Origin: Alphaproteobacteria bacterium
Lineage (GTDB): Bacteria; Pseudomonadota; Alphaproteobacteria; UBA7887
Assembly: GCA_028289725.1 (NCBI GenBank)
Contig: JANQOH010000149.1
Location: 1 to 36,240 of the forward strand
Direction: 5' to 3'
Length of the DNA: 36,240 bases
This document shows positions 27,141 to 36,240 of the stretch, one piece after another. Numbering within the stretch: position 1 is the stretch's first letter; every line of letters starts with the position of its first letter. Below the pieces are notes generated by a model. It ran no database searches. It saw only the letters and a list, made by a program, of their open reading frames with translations, and had not been told where the DNA came from. Position numbers and translations under genes: made by a program.

Positions 27141-28376
27141 ATGGTGACGCGCAAAGAGTGCGAAGCACGCGATCGTGACGACGAGCTCAAAGGGTTTCGC
27201 GATCAGTTCCTGCTGCCCGATGAAGTGATCTATCTGGACGGCAATTCGCTTGGCCCGTTGCCGAAGGTGGCAGCCAAACGCATTCAGCACGTTCTCGCTC
27301 AGGAATGGGGCGAAGACCTGATCAGAAGTTGGAACGCCCATGGATGGATCGACCTGCCGCAGAAAGTCGGAAACAAAATTGCCCGCTTGATTGGCGCCGG
27401 GACCGACAATGTGGTCTGTGCCGACAGTACGTCGGTCAATCTGTTCAAATTGCTTGCGGCCGCTTTACGCATTCGCCCTGATCGAAAAGTTGTCCTTTCG
27501 GACACCGCGAATTTTCCAACCGATTTGTACATCGCCCAAGGCCTGATCGAATTACTCGGTGGTTCCCGCGAGTTACGCCTCGTAGAGACGGCGTCGGTTG
27601 AATCCGAGATCAATTCAGACGTTGCGGTGGTGATGCTGACGCAAGTCGACTATCGGACAGGCGGCCTGCACGACATAGCGCGCGTCACCCAATTGGCGCA
27701 TGAGGCCGGTGCATTGATGCTTTGGGATCTGAGTCACAGTGCCGGAGCACTTCCGGTGGATTTGCTCGGTCATGGTGTCGATTTGGCGGTGGGGTGTGGC
27801 TACAAGTATCTCAATGGCGGGCCGGGCGCGCCCGCATATCTGTACGTCGCACCGCACCTTCAGGACGACATACGGCCGCCCTTGTCAGGATGGATGGGCC
27901 ACGATCGGCCCTTCGATTTCGACCAAGAGTATCGGCCGGCCTCCGGTATTGCCCGCAATCTGTGCGGGACGCCGGCCATCCTTTCCTTGTCGGCGCTGGA
28001 TGCCGCGCTCGACGTGATTGGTGCGGCTGACATGAACGCCATCCGAAAAAAGTCGCAGGACATAACGGGTTTGTTCATGGATTTGATCAACGAGCGTTGT
28101 GGCGTTTTCGGGTTCGATTTGTTGACGCCGAACGTACCGGAAAAGCGCGGCAGCCAAGTGTCTATGACCCACGCTAACAGCTATCCGATCATGGCCGCGT
28201 TGATCGAGAATGGCGTGATCGGCGACTTTCGTTCGCCGAATGTGATGCGTTTCGGATTCGCGCCGCTGTTTCTCCGATTTGTCGACGTCTGGGACGCCGT
28301 GGATCGGCTGCATGGGATCATGAGCGAACGTGCATGGGACAGAGACGAGTTCAAGGTCAAAGCAGCCGTGACTTAA
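27141..28376 (+). CDS. kynU: Kynureninase
   Basis: [27 protein letters not shown] and the PLP-lysine motif [25 protein letters not shown]. Confidence 0.9.
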   Translation: MVTRKECEARDRDDELKGFRDQFLLPDEVIYLDGNSLGPLPKVAAKRIQHVLAQEWGEDLIRSWNAHGWIDLPQKVGNKIARLIGAGTDNVVCADSTSVNLFKLLAAALRIRPDRKVVLSDTANFPTDLYIAQGLIELLGGSRELRLVETASVESEINSDVAVVMLTQVDYRTGGLHDIARVTQLAHEAGALMLWDLSHSAGALPVDLLGHGVDLAVGCGYKYLNGGPGAPAYLYVAPHLQDDIRPPLSGWMGHDRPFDFDQEYRPASGIARNLCGTPAILSLSALDAALDVIGAADMNAIRKKSQDITGLFMDLINERCGVFGFDLLTPNVPEKRGSQVSMTHANSYPIMAALIENGVIGDFRSPNVMRFGFAPLFLRFVDVWDAVDRLHGIMSERAWDRDEFKVKAAVT

Positions 28377-28404
28377 GGACCATTCGCAACGTGGAGGGCG
28401 TCTA

Positions 28405-29253
28405 ATGTCTGAGGCGGACACGCGATCCGGCGGCGCATTGCCGGAAGGCGCACACACTGATTTTGCCGGACGGGTCAGTTACGCGGGCTATCTCGATCTC
28501 GAACAAATCCTCGGTGCGCAGCGACCATTGTCAGACGAACATGATGAGCTTTTATTCATCATCATCCATCAGGCGAGCGAGCTTTGGATGAAGCTCGTGC
28601 TTCACGAATTGAAGGCCGCGCGCGACTGCATTCGTGCCGATGATCTCCGACCCGCTTTTAAGATGCTGGCGCGCGTCTCGGCGATCCAAACACAATTGAT
28701 CCAGTCATGGAGCGTCTTGTCGACCATGACGCCGGCCGACTATCTGAAATTTCGCGACGTGCTCGGCCATGCGTCCGGCTTCCAATCGCATCAATATCGC
28801 GAGATCGAATTCTTTCTCGGTAACAAGAACGCGGCGATGCTCAGGCCGCACGCGCATCAAAGCGATACGCACGACGCGCTGCGCGCCGTGCTCGACGCGC
28901 CAAGCCTCTATGACGAGGTGATCCTCATGCTCGCGCGTCAGGGCTTTCTGATCGACGACACTGTGACCAAACGTGACTGGGCGCGGCCCTACGCGGCGGA
29001 CGATAGTGTGCTCAAGGCCTGGGCGGCGGTGTACCGCGACACCCAGACGCACTGGGGGCTCTATGAGCTTGCCGAGAAACTGGTCGATCTGGAGGACTCC
29101 TTTCAGCAATGGCGCTTCCGTCACTTAAAGACCGTGATGCGGATTATTGGGTTCAAACGCGGGACCGGCGGCACCGCCGGTGTCTCCTATCTCGAAAAAG
29201 CGCTCGAATATCGCTTCTTCCCCGAGCTTTGGGATTTGCGAACCGAGCTCTAG
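28405..29253 (+). CDS. kynA: Tryptophan 2,3-dioxygenase
   Basis: [52 protein letters not shown] and [11 protein letters not shown] are TDO hallmarks. Confidence 0.9.
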   Translation: MSEADTRSGGALPEGAHTDFAGRVSYAGYLDLEQILGAQRPLSDEHDELLFIIIHQASELWMKLVLHELKAARDCIRADDLRPAFKMLARVSAIQTQLIQSWSVLSTMTPADYLKFRDVLGHASGFQSHQYREIEFFLGNKNAAMLRPHAHQSDTHDALRAVLDAPSLYDEVILMLARQGFLIDDTVTKRDWARPYAADDSVLKAWAAVYRDTQTHWGLYELAEKLVDLEDSFQQWRFRHLKTVMRIIGFKRGTGGTAGVSYLEKALEYRFFPELWDLRTEL

Positions 29254-30650
29254 GGGCCGTCAGGCCAGGGACGGAGGAAAGAACCCTAACGCGTTTCGGT
29301 GTTCTCGTGGCGAGCGCCGTATTGCTCTTTTTTGCGTCCGCGCAGACGTCGGAAGCGCGCGACCTCTCCGGCAGGGAGATGGATCAACTGGTCCGTCAGG
29401 TTTTGTCCGGTGACGCCATTTTGCGTGTTGAAGCCGTGGAGCGACTGAGCGCGCAGGCGGGCCCGGAAGCGGCGGCAGGGCTCATCCAGGCGCTTCGATT
29501 CAGTTTTGAGAACGGCGCAGACATCGTTGGGGCGCTGCGCGCCGTGACCGGGGCTGACGCCGGTTCGCGGTGGCACGATTGGATGCTTTGGCAGCAAGCC
29601 CATCCCGAAATCGAGCCGTTCGACGGGTTCGACAGATTCAAAGCCGACGTGATGGCGCAGCTCGATCCGAATTTTCGCCTGTTCCTCCAAGCCGGGATCG
29701 CGCACGAAATTCGGCTGGAGGAGATCGTTTGGGGCGGCGTGATCAAGGACGGCATTCCGGCGCTGGTCAATCCGACCCACCTTCAGCCAAGCGAAGCGGA
29801 TTACTTGGTTCCCGATGAACCTGTGTTCGGGGTCGAGATCAACGGCGATGCGCGTGCTTATCCGTTGCGCGTCTTGGATTGGCACGAGATGTTCAACGAC
29901 GTGATCGGCGGTGTGCCGCTGGCGCTCGCCTATTGCACCTTGTGCGGGTCCGGCATCCTGTACGAGACCACCGTGTCGGGACAGCCGGCGCCGTTCGTCT
30001 TCGGATCATCCGGATTTCTGTACCGGTCGAACAAGCTCATGTACGACCGTCAGACGCATTCGCTTTGGAACCAATTCACCGGTCGTCCGGTGGTCGGGCC
30101 GCTAACCGGATCCGGAATTGAGTTGGCCGTGCGCCCGGTCGCCATCACCAGTTGGCGAGACTGGTTGGCGCGCCATCCCGATACCACGGTGCTGTCGCTG
30201 GACACCGGTCACGATCGTGACTACACGCCGGGCCGGCCGTATGGGACCTATTTCGCGAGCCCCGACCTGATGTTTCCGGCGCTCGTGCCCGATAAGAACT
30301 TGGCGCCAAAAGACTTCGTGTTTGTTCTTCGCGCGGGCGAAAACGAAATGGCTTGGCCACTCACGCGTTTTGAAGGCGGTCGAGTCATCAATGATGCGGT
30401 CGGGGACATCGATGTTGTCTTGATTGGTGACGCGGCCACAAGAACAGTGCGCGCCTATGAGGCCGGCGGGCGCGATTTTGTTGCGGGCTATGAAGACCTG
30501 GCGTTGCTCGCAGACGGCGAGGCGTGGCGCATCGAAGAAGAGTCTCTTATCGGTCCGGACGATGCGCGGCTCGCCCGACTGCCGGGTCACATCGCTTTTT
30601 GGTTCGCGTGGAGCGGATTTTCTGACGGAGCCTTATTGGCGACCGAGTAA
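29229..30650 (+). CDS. Exported DUF3179 domain protein with an N-terminal HEAT-like segment
   Basis: [71 protein letters not shown] and the hydrophobic signal [21 protein letters not shown]. The start is unresolved: TTG 29229 (overlaps the kynA end) or GTG 29307. Confidence 0.75.
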   Translation: MGFANRALGAVRPGTEERTLTRFGVLVASAVLLFFASAQTSEARDLSGREMDQLVRQVLSGDAILRVEAVERLSAQAGPEAAAGLIQALRFSFENGADIVGALRAVTGADAGSRWHDWMLWQQAHPEIEPFDGFDRFKADVMAQLDPNFRLFLQAGIAHEIRLEEIVWGGVIKDGIPALVNPTHLQPSEADYLVPDEPVFGVEINGDARAYPLRVLDWHEMFNDVIGGVPLALAYCTLCGSGILYETTVSGQPAPFVFGSSGFLYRSNKLMYDRQTHSLWNQFTGRPVVGPLTGSGIELAVRPVAITSWRDWLARHPDTTVLSLDTGHDRDYTPGRPYGTYFASPDLMFPALVPDKNLAPKDFVFVLRAGENEMAWPLTRFEGGRVINDAVGDIDVVLIGDAATRTVRAYEAGGRDFVAGYEDLALLADGEAWRIEEESLIGPDDARLARLPGHIAFWFAWSGFSDGALLATE

Positions 30651-30662
30651 CGTCCTCGCGTT

Positions 30663-31259
30663 TTAGGGCCAAACTTCGACGTAGTTCACGACTTTTTTCA
30701 CGCCCTTTGTCGCTTGCGTGGCGGCCAGGGCGATATCGAGTTCGTTTTGCGAGCGCGCACGGCCGAGCAAATAGACGGTCGCAAAGGGATCCACGCCCTC
30801 CCGGAAATTCACGTCCGCTACGCCCTTCCGGTCAAAAAGGCGCACGCCGATCTTGGCATCGAGCGCCAGCGTGTCTGTCCAAGAGAGGAGCGCATCGCCC
30901 TGTGCTTCTTGTTCGGCTTCGCTCATTTGGACCACATGCCAATACAGATTCTTCACGCCGGAGATTTGTTCGATGCCGCGCTTCAATGCGGCGTAGTCAT
31001 CAGGACTATCGATGATCCCGGTGACCAAGAGACGCTGCTCGTAGATCTCGGTGGCGGCACTAATCAGTTTGAGGTCTGCCATGACCGCGTTAGCGGCGAC
31101 GACGATGCGATTGTCCTCGGCAATATCGGCGGCGCTGCGGGCTTCGATGGCGCGATCAACCAGCGTTTTGGGGCTGATCAACGCTTCAGCGCACCCGCTG
31201 AGACCGGCACAGGTTACGGCGAGTACAATCAGTCGAATTAAGGTGCTGCGATGAGGCAT
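30663..31259 (-). CDS. BON domain lipoprotein (OsmY/YraP-like)
   Basis: Lipobox CAGLSGC. Two BON-like units (IEARSAADIAEDNRIVVAA...LLVTGII; LDAKIGVRLF...DVNFREGVDPFATVYLLGRARS...KGVKKVVN). ATG at 31259. Confidence 0.75.
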   Translation of the reverse strand: MPHRSTLIRLIVLAVTCAGLSGCAEALISPKTLVDRAIEARSAADIAEDNRIVVAANAVMADLKLISAATEIYEQRLLVTGIIDSPDDYAALKRGIEQISGVKNLYWHVVQMSEAEQEAQGDALLSWTDTLALDAKIGVRLFDRKGVADVNFREGVDPFATVYLLGRARSQNELDIALAATQATKGVKKVVNYVEVWP

Positions 31260-31554
31260 CGGGGGCGCTTTCCTTCGACAAAAACAATGAGCCAAGTCCG
31301 TTCAGCCGTGACTTGGCGCAGGCGGGATGGCGGAAACCAACGAATAAGATAATCGCGATCGACGCGTCGCCCATTTGATTCTGTAACCGGGCGTTCGAGC
31401 AAAAATCCAGTCAGGGGGCGATGCGGTCCCGGAACGGATCGGGCAACAACCATGCGCGCAGGGCTTGCCTTGGCCCTCGCGATTGCTGGTACCATGGCCT
31501 AGGCGCTGATCAACGGCGGTGTGTTCTGGGAGAGAAACCGACAGGGGGAAAATT

Positions 31555-33558
31555 ATGGCGAAAGCGCAATCGAGTGCGCTCGACAATAAGCAACTGCCGG
31601 CGGAACAGCTTGAGGCGCTTTACACGACGATGCGCCGCATACGGGCGTTTGAGCAGCGCGCGACAGATCTCTTCAACGACGGTATCGTCAAAGGAACCGC
31701 CCACAGCTATATGGGCGAGGAGGCGATCGCCGCCGGAGTGTGCGCCGCCCTAAGCGAAGACGACTACATCGCGAGCTACCATCGTGGTCACGGCCACTGC
31801 ATCGCCAAAGGCGCCAGTTTGGACCGGATGATGGCGGAGCTGATGGGCCGCGAAACCGGCTATTGCCGCGGTCTCGGCGGGTCCATGCATATCGCTGATA
31901 TGAACCTCAATATCCTTGGCGCGAACGGCATTGTCGGCGCCGGGATGCCACTTGCCACCGGCGCCGCTTTGGCCGCGAAGCTGCGCGGCGAGGGTCAAGT
32001 TTCGGTGGCGTTCTTTGGTGACGGCGCGAACAACCAGGGCGTGTTCCATGAGTCGATGAATCTGGCGTCGGTCTGGAAGCTGCCGATCATCTTCGTCTGC
32101 GAGAACAATCAGTACGCCTTGTCGACGTCGTACAAGAACACGACCGCTGTGGAACAGGTGGCGATGCGTGCGCCAGCGTACGGCGTGCCAGGTGTGACGA
32201 TCGACGGCAACGACGCTGTTGAAGTCTTTCTGGTGATGCAGGATGCGATCGCTCGCGCGCGCGCCGGCGATGGCCCGACCTTAATCGAAGCGATGACCTA
32301 TCGCTGGGGCCAGCATTCGATGCGCGCCAATCTACGCGACCCGAGGCCCGACGATGAGTTCGAAAGCTGGAAGGCGCGTGATCCGATCATCCAGATGGAA
32401 AAGGTGATTACGGGATCGAAGGCGATGCCGAAAAAGCGGCTCAAGGAGATTGAGACCGCGGTCGATGACGAACTGTCGAGCGCTGTGGACTATGGCATCG
32501 GCGGTGAGGAGCCGTCGGTCGAGGTTATGCACGCGGCGGTCTATTCTCCGCACGCCAAAGTGACCGAGCCGGGGCCGGCGGGCGATCGCGAACTCTCGTT
32601 CGTCGACGCCTTGAACGAGGCGCTGCACCAAGAAATGGCGCACGACGACAGTGTGTTTCTGATGGGCGAGGACGTCGGACTGACCGGCGGGATCTTCCAA
32701 GTGTCTAAGGGATTGCACGAGCGGTTCGGCGAAGAACGTGTTCGCGACACGCCAATTTCGGAGGCGAGTTTTGTCGGTTGCGGTGTTGGCGCCGCGATCG
32801 CCGGCATGCGCCCCGTGGTCGAGATCCAGATTTTCGATTTTGTCGCACTGACCATGGACATGCTGGTCAATCAGGCGGCCAAGTTCCGCTTCATGCTTGG
32901 CGGGAACGCCTCGGTTCCCTTGGTTGTGCGCGGCCCGCAAGGCGGCGGGATACGCCTCGCGGCGCAACATAGCCAGAGCTTGGAGGCGTGGTTTGCGCAT
33001 GTGCCGGGGCTCGTGGTAGTGGCGCCTTCGACGCCCTATGACGCGAAGGGGCTGCTGGTCAGCGCGATCCGCGACAACAATCCGGTGATTTTCCTGGAAT
33101 CCAAGCTGCTCTATCTCGGGCAACCGGGCCCGGTGCCCGAGGAGCATTACGCGATCCCGATCGGCAAGGCCGACATCAAGCACGAAGGGAGCGACGTCAC
33201 CGTCGTCGCGACGACCTCTATGGTGCCGCGCGCATTGGCCGCGGCCGCGATGTTGGAACGGGAAGGCATCAGTGTTGAAGTCGTCGACCCGCGGACGCTC
33301 AAGCCGTTGGATGAGGAAACGATCCTGAACTCGGTGAAGAAGACCAATCGCCTGCTTATCGTTCACGAAGCCTGGCGCAATGGCGGCTTCGGCGCGGAAG
33401 TTGCCGCGATGGTCGTCGAGAAGGCGTTCGACTATCTCGACGCGCCGATCGGCCGGCTGGGCGCGCCGGACACGCCCATGCCGTACAATGACGAGCTCGA
33501 GCGGATCGCCATTCCGTCGCAAGAACGCATCATCGAAGAAATTCGCGCACTCCTGTAG
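31555..33558 (+). CDS. Fused alpha-beta E1 component of a ThDP-dependent 2-oxoacid/acetoin-type dehydrogenase
   Basis: The alpha half has YHRGHGHCIAKG and FFGDGANNQGVFHESMNLASVWKLPIIFVCENNQYA. A linker near aa 330-345 follows. The beta half has FLMGEDVG...RVRDTPISEASFVGCGVGAAIAGMRPVVEIQIFDF and the transketolase C-terminal domain. GGGGGAA RBS before the ATG at 31555. Confidence 0.85.
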   Translation: MAKAQSSALDNKQLPAEQLEALYTTMRRIRAFEQRATDLFNDGIVKGTAHSYMGEEAIAAGVCAALSEDDYIASYHRGHGHCIAKGASLDRMMAELMGRETGYCRGLGGSMHIADMNLNILGANGIVGAGMPLATGAALAAKLRGEGQVSVAFFGDGANNQGVFHESMNLASVWKLPIIFVCENNQYALSTSYKNTTAVEQVAMRAPAYGVPGVTIDGNDAVEVFLVMQDAIARARAGDGPTLIEAMTYRWGQHSMRANLRDPRPDDEFESWKARDPIIQMEKVITGSKAMPKKRLKEIETAVDDELSSAVDYGIGGEEPSVEVMHAAVYSPHAKVTEPGPAGDRELSFVDALNEALHQEMAHDDSVFLMGEDVGLTGGIFQVSKGLHERFGEERVRDTPISEASFVGCGVGAAIAGMRPVVEIQIFDFVALTMDMLVNQAAKFRFMLGGNASVPLVVRGPQGGGIRLAAQHSQSLEAWFAHVPGLVVVAPSTPYDAKGLLVSAIRDNNPVIFLESKLLYLGQPGPVPEEHYAIPIGKADIKHEGSDVTVVATTSMVPRALAAAAMLEREGISVEVVDPRTLKPLDEETILNSVKKTNRLLIVHEAWRNGGFGAEVAAMVVEKAFDYLDAPIGRLGAPDTPMPYNDELERIAIPSQERIIEEIRALL

Positions 33559-33625
33559 GTGCATTTTTATTCATTAGCGTTCGGTGCGTTGCGCGCTGGA
33601 CACGTTAGATAAGGAGGGGGAAGCC

Positions 33626-35260
33626 ATGAAGGTTGCGGACGCAATCGCCGAGGTCCTGAAGCGAGAGGGCGTCGACACCCTGATCGCCTACCCGGTCAAT
33701 CACATTATTGAAGCCGCCGCGCGCGCCGACATTCGCACGGTCATCGTGCGGCAAGAGCGGATCGGCCTGCATATGGCGGATGCCATGGCGCGGCTTTCGA
33801 GCGGCAACACCATCGGCGTGTTCGCCATGCAACACGGGCCGGGGACCGAGAACGCCTTTGGCGGCGTGGCGCAGGCTTTTGCCGAGTCCGTGCCCATCTT
33901 GGTGCTGCCCATGGGCTATCCGCGCGACATCGCGCATATCCACCCGAATTTCAATGCGGTCGAGAATTTCCGCTACGTGACGAAATCGATCGAGCCGCTG
34001 ACCACCGCGGAGCAAGTCTCGAACGTTATGCGCCGCGCGTTCACGCAGATGCGCAGCGGTCGACCGGGCCCGGCTCTTATTGAGGTGCCCGCCGATCTGG
34101 TCAACGCCGACCATCCGGATGAAGTGAAATACACGCCGACCTTCCACACCCGGTCGGGTCCCGATCCGAAAGCCGTTGAAGAAGCGGCGGATGCCTTGGT
34201 CAATGCGAAGCGGCCGGTCATCTACGCGGGGCAGGGGGTGCACTACGCTAAGGCGTGGGAGCCGTTGAAAAGACTGTCCGAACGGCTTGCCGCGCCAGTG
34301 ACGACGAGCATCAGCGGAAAGAGCGCTTTCCCGGAGAATCATCCGTTGTCGCTCGGCACCGCGGGCCGGTCGATGGGACGCCCGGTTTTCGATTACCTCC
34401 ACAACTCAGATGTGCTGTTTGGCATCGGCTGTAGTTTCACGACCACCAGCTTCGGCGCCAAGATGCCGCAGGATAAGAAAGTCATCCATAGCACGCTCGA
34501 CCCAGTCGATCTCAACAAGAACATCATTGCCGAGCACGCGATGATCGGCGACGCGGGTCTCACGCTCGAAGCCTTGAACGAAGCAGTCGACGAGCGGCTC
34601 GGCAACCATGTGCCAGATGCCGCACCGGTCGCTGACGATATTGCCAAGGGCAAAAAGGCTTGGCTGGAAGAGTGGATGCCCAAGCTGACGTCCAGCGAAA
34701 CGCCGCTCTCGCCGTATCGGGTGCTGTGGGATTTGGCGCACACGGTTGATCGCGAAAAATGCATCGTGACCCACGATGCCGGTAGTCCGCGCGATCAGAT
34801 CATTCCGTTCTGGGATGCCATTACGCCGTTGTCCTATATCGGCTGGGGAAAGACCACGCAGCTTGGCTATGGCCTTGGCCTGGCGATGGGCGCCAAGCTC
34901 GCGCAGCCCGACAAATTGTGCATGAACGTTTGGGGCGATGCGGCCATCGGCTTTACGGGCATGGATTTTGAAACCGCCGTGCGCGAACGGATTCCGATCC
35001 TGTCGATCCTGCTCAACAATTTCTCGATGGCCATCGAATTGCCGATCATGAAAGTCGCGACCGAGAAATATCGTAGTACGGATATTTCAGGCGACTACGC
35101 GGCGATGGCCAAAGCATTCGGTGGTTATGGCGAGCGTGTAACCGAACCCGACGAGATTATCCCGGCGATCAAGCGCGGCATTGAGCAGACCGAGAACGGT
35201 ACGCCAGCCTTGCTCGAGTTCATCACGTCGAAGGAGAACACAGTCTCGATCTTCAATTGA
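33626..35260 (+). CDS. Thiamine diphosphate-requiring enzyme, acetolactate synthase/POX-like family, substrate unknown
   Basis: N-terminal Pyr domain with catalytic Glu context (VRQERIGLHMADAMARL, GPGTENAFGGVAQAFAESVPILVL), a middle domain, and C-terminal ThDP/Mg motif GDAAIGFTGMDFETAVRERIPILSILLNN. AAGGAGGGGG RBS. Confidence 0.8.
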   Translation: MKVADAIAEVLKREGVDTLIAYPVNHIIEAAARADIRTVIVRQERIGLHMADAMARLSSGNTIGVFAMQHGPGTENAFGGVAQAFAESVPILVLPMGYPRDIAHIHPNFNAVENFRYVTKSIEPLTTAEQVSNVMRRAFTQMRSGRPGPALIEVPADLVNADHPDEVKYTPTFHTRSGPDPKAVEEAADALVNAKRPVIYAGQGVHYAKAWEPLKRLSERLAAPVTTSISGKSAFPENHPLSLGTAGRSMGRPVFDYLHNSDVLFGIGCSFTTTSFGAKMPQDKKVIHSTLDPVDLNKNIIAEHAMIGDAGLTLEALNEAVDERLGNHVPDAAPVADDIAKGKKAWLEEWMPKLTSSETPLSPYRVLWDLAHTVDREKCIVTHDAGSPRDQIIPFWDAITPLSYIGWGKTTQLGYGLGLAMGAKLAQPDKLCMNVWGDAAIGFTGMDFETAVRERIPILSILLNNFSMAIELPIMKVATEKYRSTDISGDYAAMAKAFGGYGERVTEPDEIIPAIKRGIEQTENGTPALLEFITSKENTVSIFN

Positions 35261-35267
35261 TGGGCAG

Positions 35268-35939
35268 TTAAGTCCTCAAGGTGGCGCGGGTAAACGCCTC
35301 CACATGATCGAGTAGTTTTTCGCTGGCGTGGCCGGCGGCCTCGGAGTCGCCGTTCGCAATCGCATTGGCAATCGCGCTGTGCAGCGCCGAGGCTTCCTTG
35401 ACGCTCGACCGGCCTCTTTGATGAACGTACCAAAAGCGCCGCGAATGGCCTTGCATGAGCGAGGCCGCCTCCGCTGCGAATTCATTATGCGCCGCTTCGA
35501 CCAAGAGGCGGTTGAAGGTCCGATCGGCGCGGGTGAACAGCGCTTCGTCCTCGGCTTTGCCGGCGGCTTCGAATTCGGCGGCGACAGCCCGAAACGCTGA
35601 AGCTTGCTGTGCGTCGCGGCGGCTGGCGGCGCGATCCGCCATCAGTCGTTCGATGGCCCGGCGGACTTCCAGCATTCTTAACTGTTTGCCGACATCGAGT
35701 TCGGTGACCAACAGGCCGCGGCGGGGCAGCACGCGCACCAAGCCTTCGCGCGCCAGGCGCTGTAAAGCTTCGCGAACCGGTGTCCGGCTCATCCCGAGTT
35801 GTTTGGCCAGGGTCGCTTCGGAGACTGCCGCGCCCGCCGGCAATTGCGTGGTGACAATCATCTCCTCCAAGCGGTCGTAGGCCTGCTGCTGCAAGCTTTC
35901 GCTTGGGTTTTCACGCGCGTGCATGGTCGTTGGATCCAT
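35268..35939 (-). CDS. GntR family transcriptional regulator (FadR/FCD subfamily)
   Basis: Winged-HTH motif SEATLAKQLGMSRTPVREALQRLAREGLVRVLPRRGLLV followed by an all-helical FCD-type domain. AAGGA RBS. Confidence 0.88.
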   Translation of the reverse strand: MDPTTMHARENPSESLQQQAYDRLEEMIVTTQLPAGAAVSEATLAKQLGMSRTPVREALQRLAREGLVRVLPRRGLLVTELDVGKQLRMLEVRRAIERLMADRAASRRDAQQASAFRAVAAEFEAAGKAEDEALFTRADRTFNRLLVEAAHNEFAAEAASLMQGHSRRFWYVHQRGRSSVKEASALHSAIANAIANGDSEAAGHASEKLLDHVEAFTRATLRT

Positions 35940-35950
35940 GCTTGTTCCTT

Positions 35951-35970
35951 TAGTATATTAGTAGTATACC
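35951..35970. promoter_or_regulatory. Candidate GntR operator in the 61-bp divergent intergenic region
   Basis: tagtata (35951-35957) and tagtata (35962-35968) are direct repeats 11 bp apart. The second ends in the GTATAC palindrome, and GTATA-N7-TATAC form inverted arms. AT-rich in a GC-rich context. Confidence 0.45.
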
Positions 35971-36000
35971 AGATGGACACAAATGATTTGGACCGGGATT

Positions 36001-36240
36001 ATGACGGATTTGGAGCAGAATCACATCATCGACCTCGCGCGCGGTCTGGGCCTGCTTACGGGCCAGGAAATGGTAGTCGCGACGCCATTGGCGGGCGGGG
36101 TCTCCTCGGACGTCTATCGCGTCGACCTCCCAAGCGGCGCGATTTGCCTGAAACGCGCGCGCGACCAATTGCAGGTTGCGGCCGACTGGTTTGCCCCGGT
36201 CAGCCGAAATGCCGCGGAAGTGGCTTGGCTTCGGGAAGCG
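36001..36240 (+). CDS. Phosphotransferase (APH/choline-kinase fold) family protein, N-terminal fragment (3' end outside window)
   Basis: Frame is open from the ATG at 36001 to the window end. MTDLEQNHIIDLARGLGLL...PLAGGVSSDVYRVDLPSGAICLKRA has the nucleotide-binding loop and Lys typical of APH-family kinases. Confidence 0.6.
   Translation, partial: MTDLEQNHIIDLARGLGLLTGQEMVVATPLAGGVSSDVYRVDLPSGAICLKRARDQLQVAADWFAPVSRNAAEVAWLREA

Noticed and set aside
31260-31554. Possible TPP riboswitch upstream of the ThDP-enzyme genes
   Set aside because: The region has ctgatc and ctgggagag-like strings. However, they are not in the order or spacing of the THI-box (no GGGG...CUGAGA...ACCUGAUC.GGAUAAUGCC arrangement).
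32332-33564. 410-aa minus-strand ORF antisense to the E1 alpha-beta gene
   Set aside because: Same artefact. The plus-strand frame carries clear ThDP and transketolase-like motifs, and the antisense product is Arg-rich with no recognisable domain.
1-36240. CRISPR arrays, long tandem repeats, IS elements
   Set aside because: I found no regularly spaced direct repeats and no transposase-like ORFs on visual scanning. Only short hairpins and the 7-bp repeats reported above were seen.

Overview
GC-rich (about 60% by eye) chromosomal segment with typical alphaproteobacterial gene content and order. About 60% of it (1-21810) is conserved housekeeping synteny. This comprises livH(partial)-livM-livG-livF, a small membrane protein and livJ; an M23 peptidase; a MucR/Ros regulator behind a sharply AT-rich promoter island; rpiB-glyA-nrdR-ribD-ribE-ribB(A)-ribH-nusB-thiL; the H+-pyrophosphatase hppA; an exported beta-propeller protein; bamE; Cbp3-like chaperone-yceD(DUF177)-rpmF-plsX; and ihfA-MerR regulator-tRNA-Pro(GGG). 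After the tRNA the content becomes less conserved. It holds an exported protein of unknown function that looks like a tandem beta-barrel. Next is a 1120-aa SAM / class III nucleotide cyclase / STAND P-loop ATPase / TPR protein. Then come an SDR-kynU-kynA-DUF3179 operon, a BON lipoprotein, a fused E1 alpha-beta ThDP dehydrogenase followed by an acetolactate-synthase-like ThDP enzyme, a GntR/FadR regulator and a partial APH-type kinase. I saw no CRISPR array, transposase, integrase, rRNA or obvious pseudogene. The best candidates for something undescribed are the lone SAM-cyclase-STAND-TPR protein, whose cyclase pocket looks non-canonical, and the orphan double-ThDP cluster with no E2/E3 partners. 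Several residue-level oddities are visible directly: MucR lacks three of the four Ros zinc ligands, the M23 peptidase has HxD in place of HxH, and the GTP cyclohydrolase II half of RibBA has no zinc cysteines. All family assignments come from motif recognition by eye. No database search was run.
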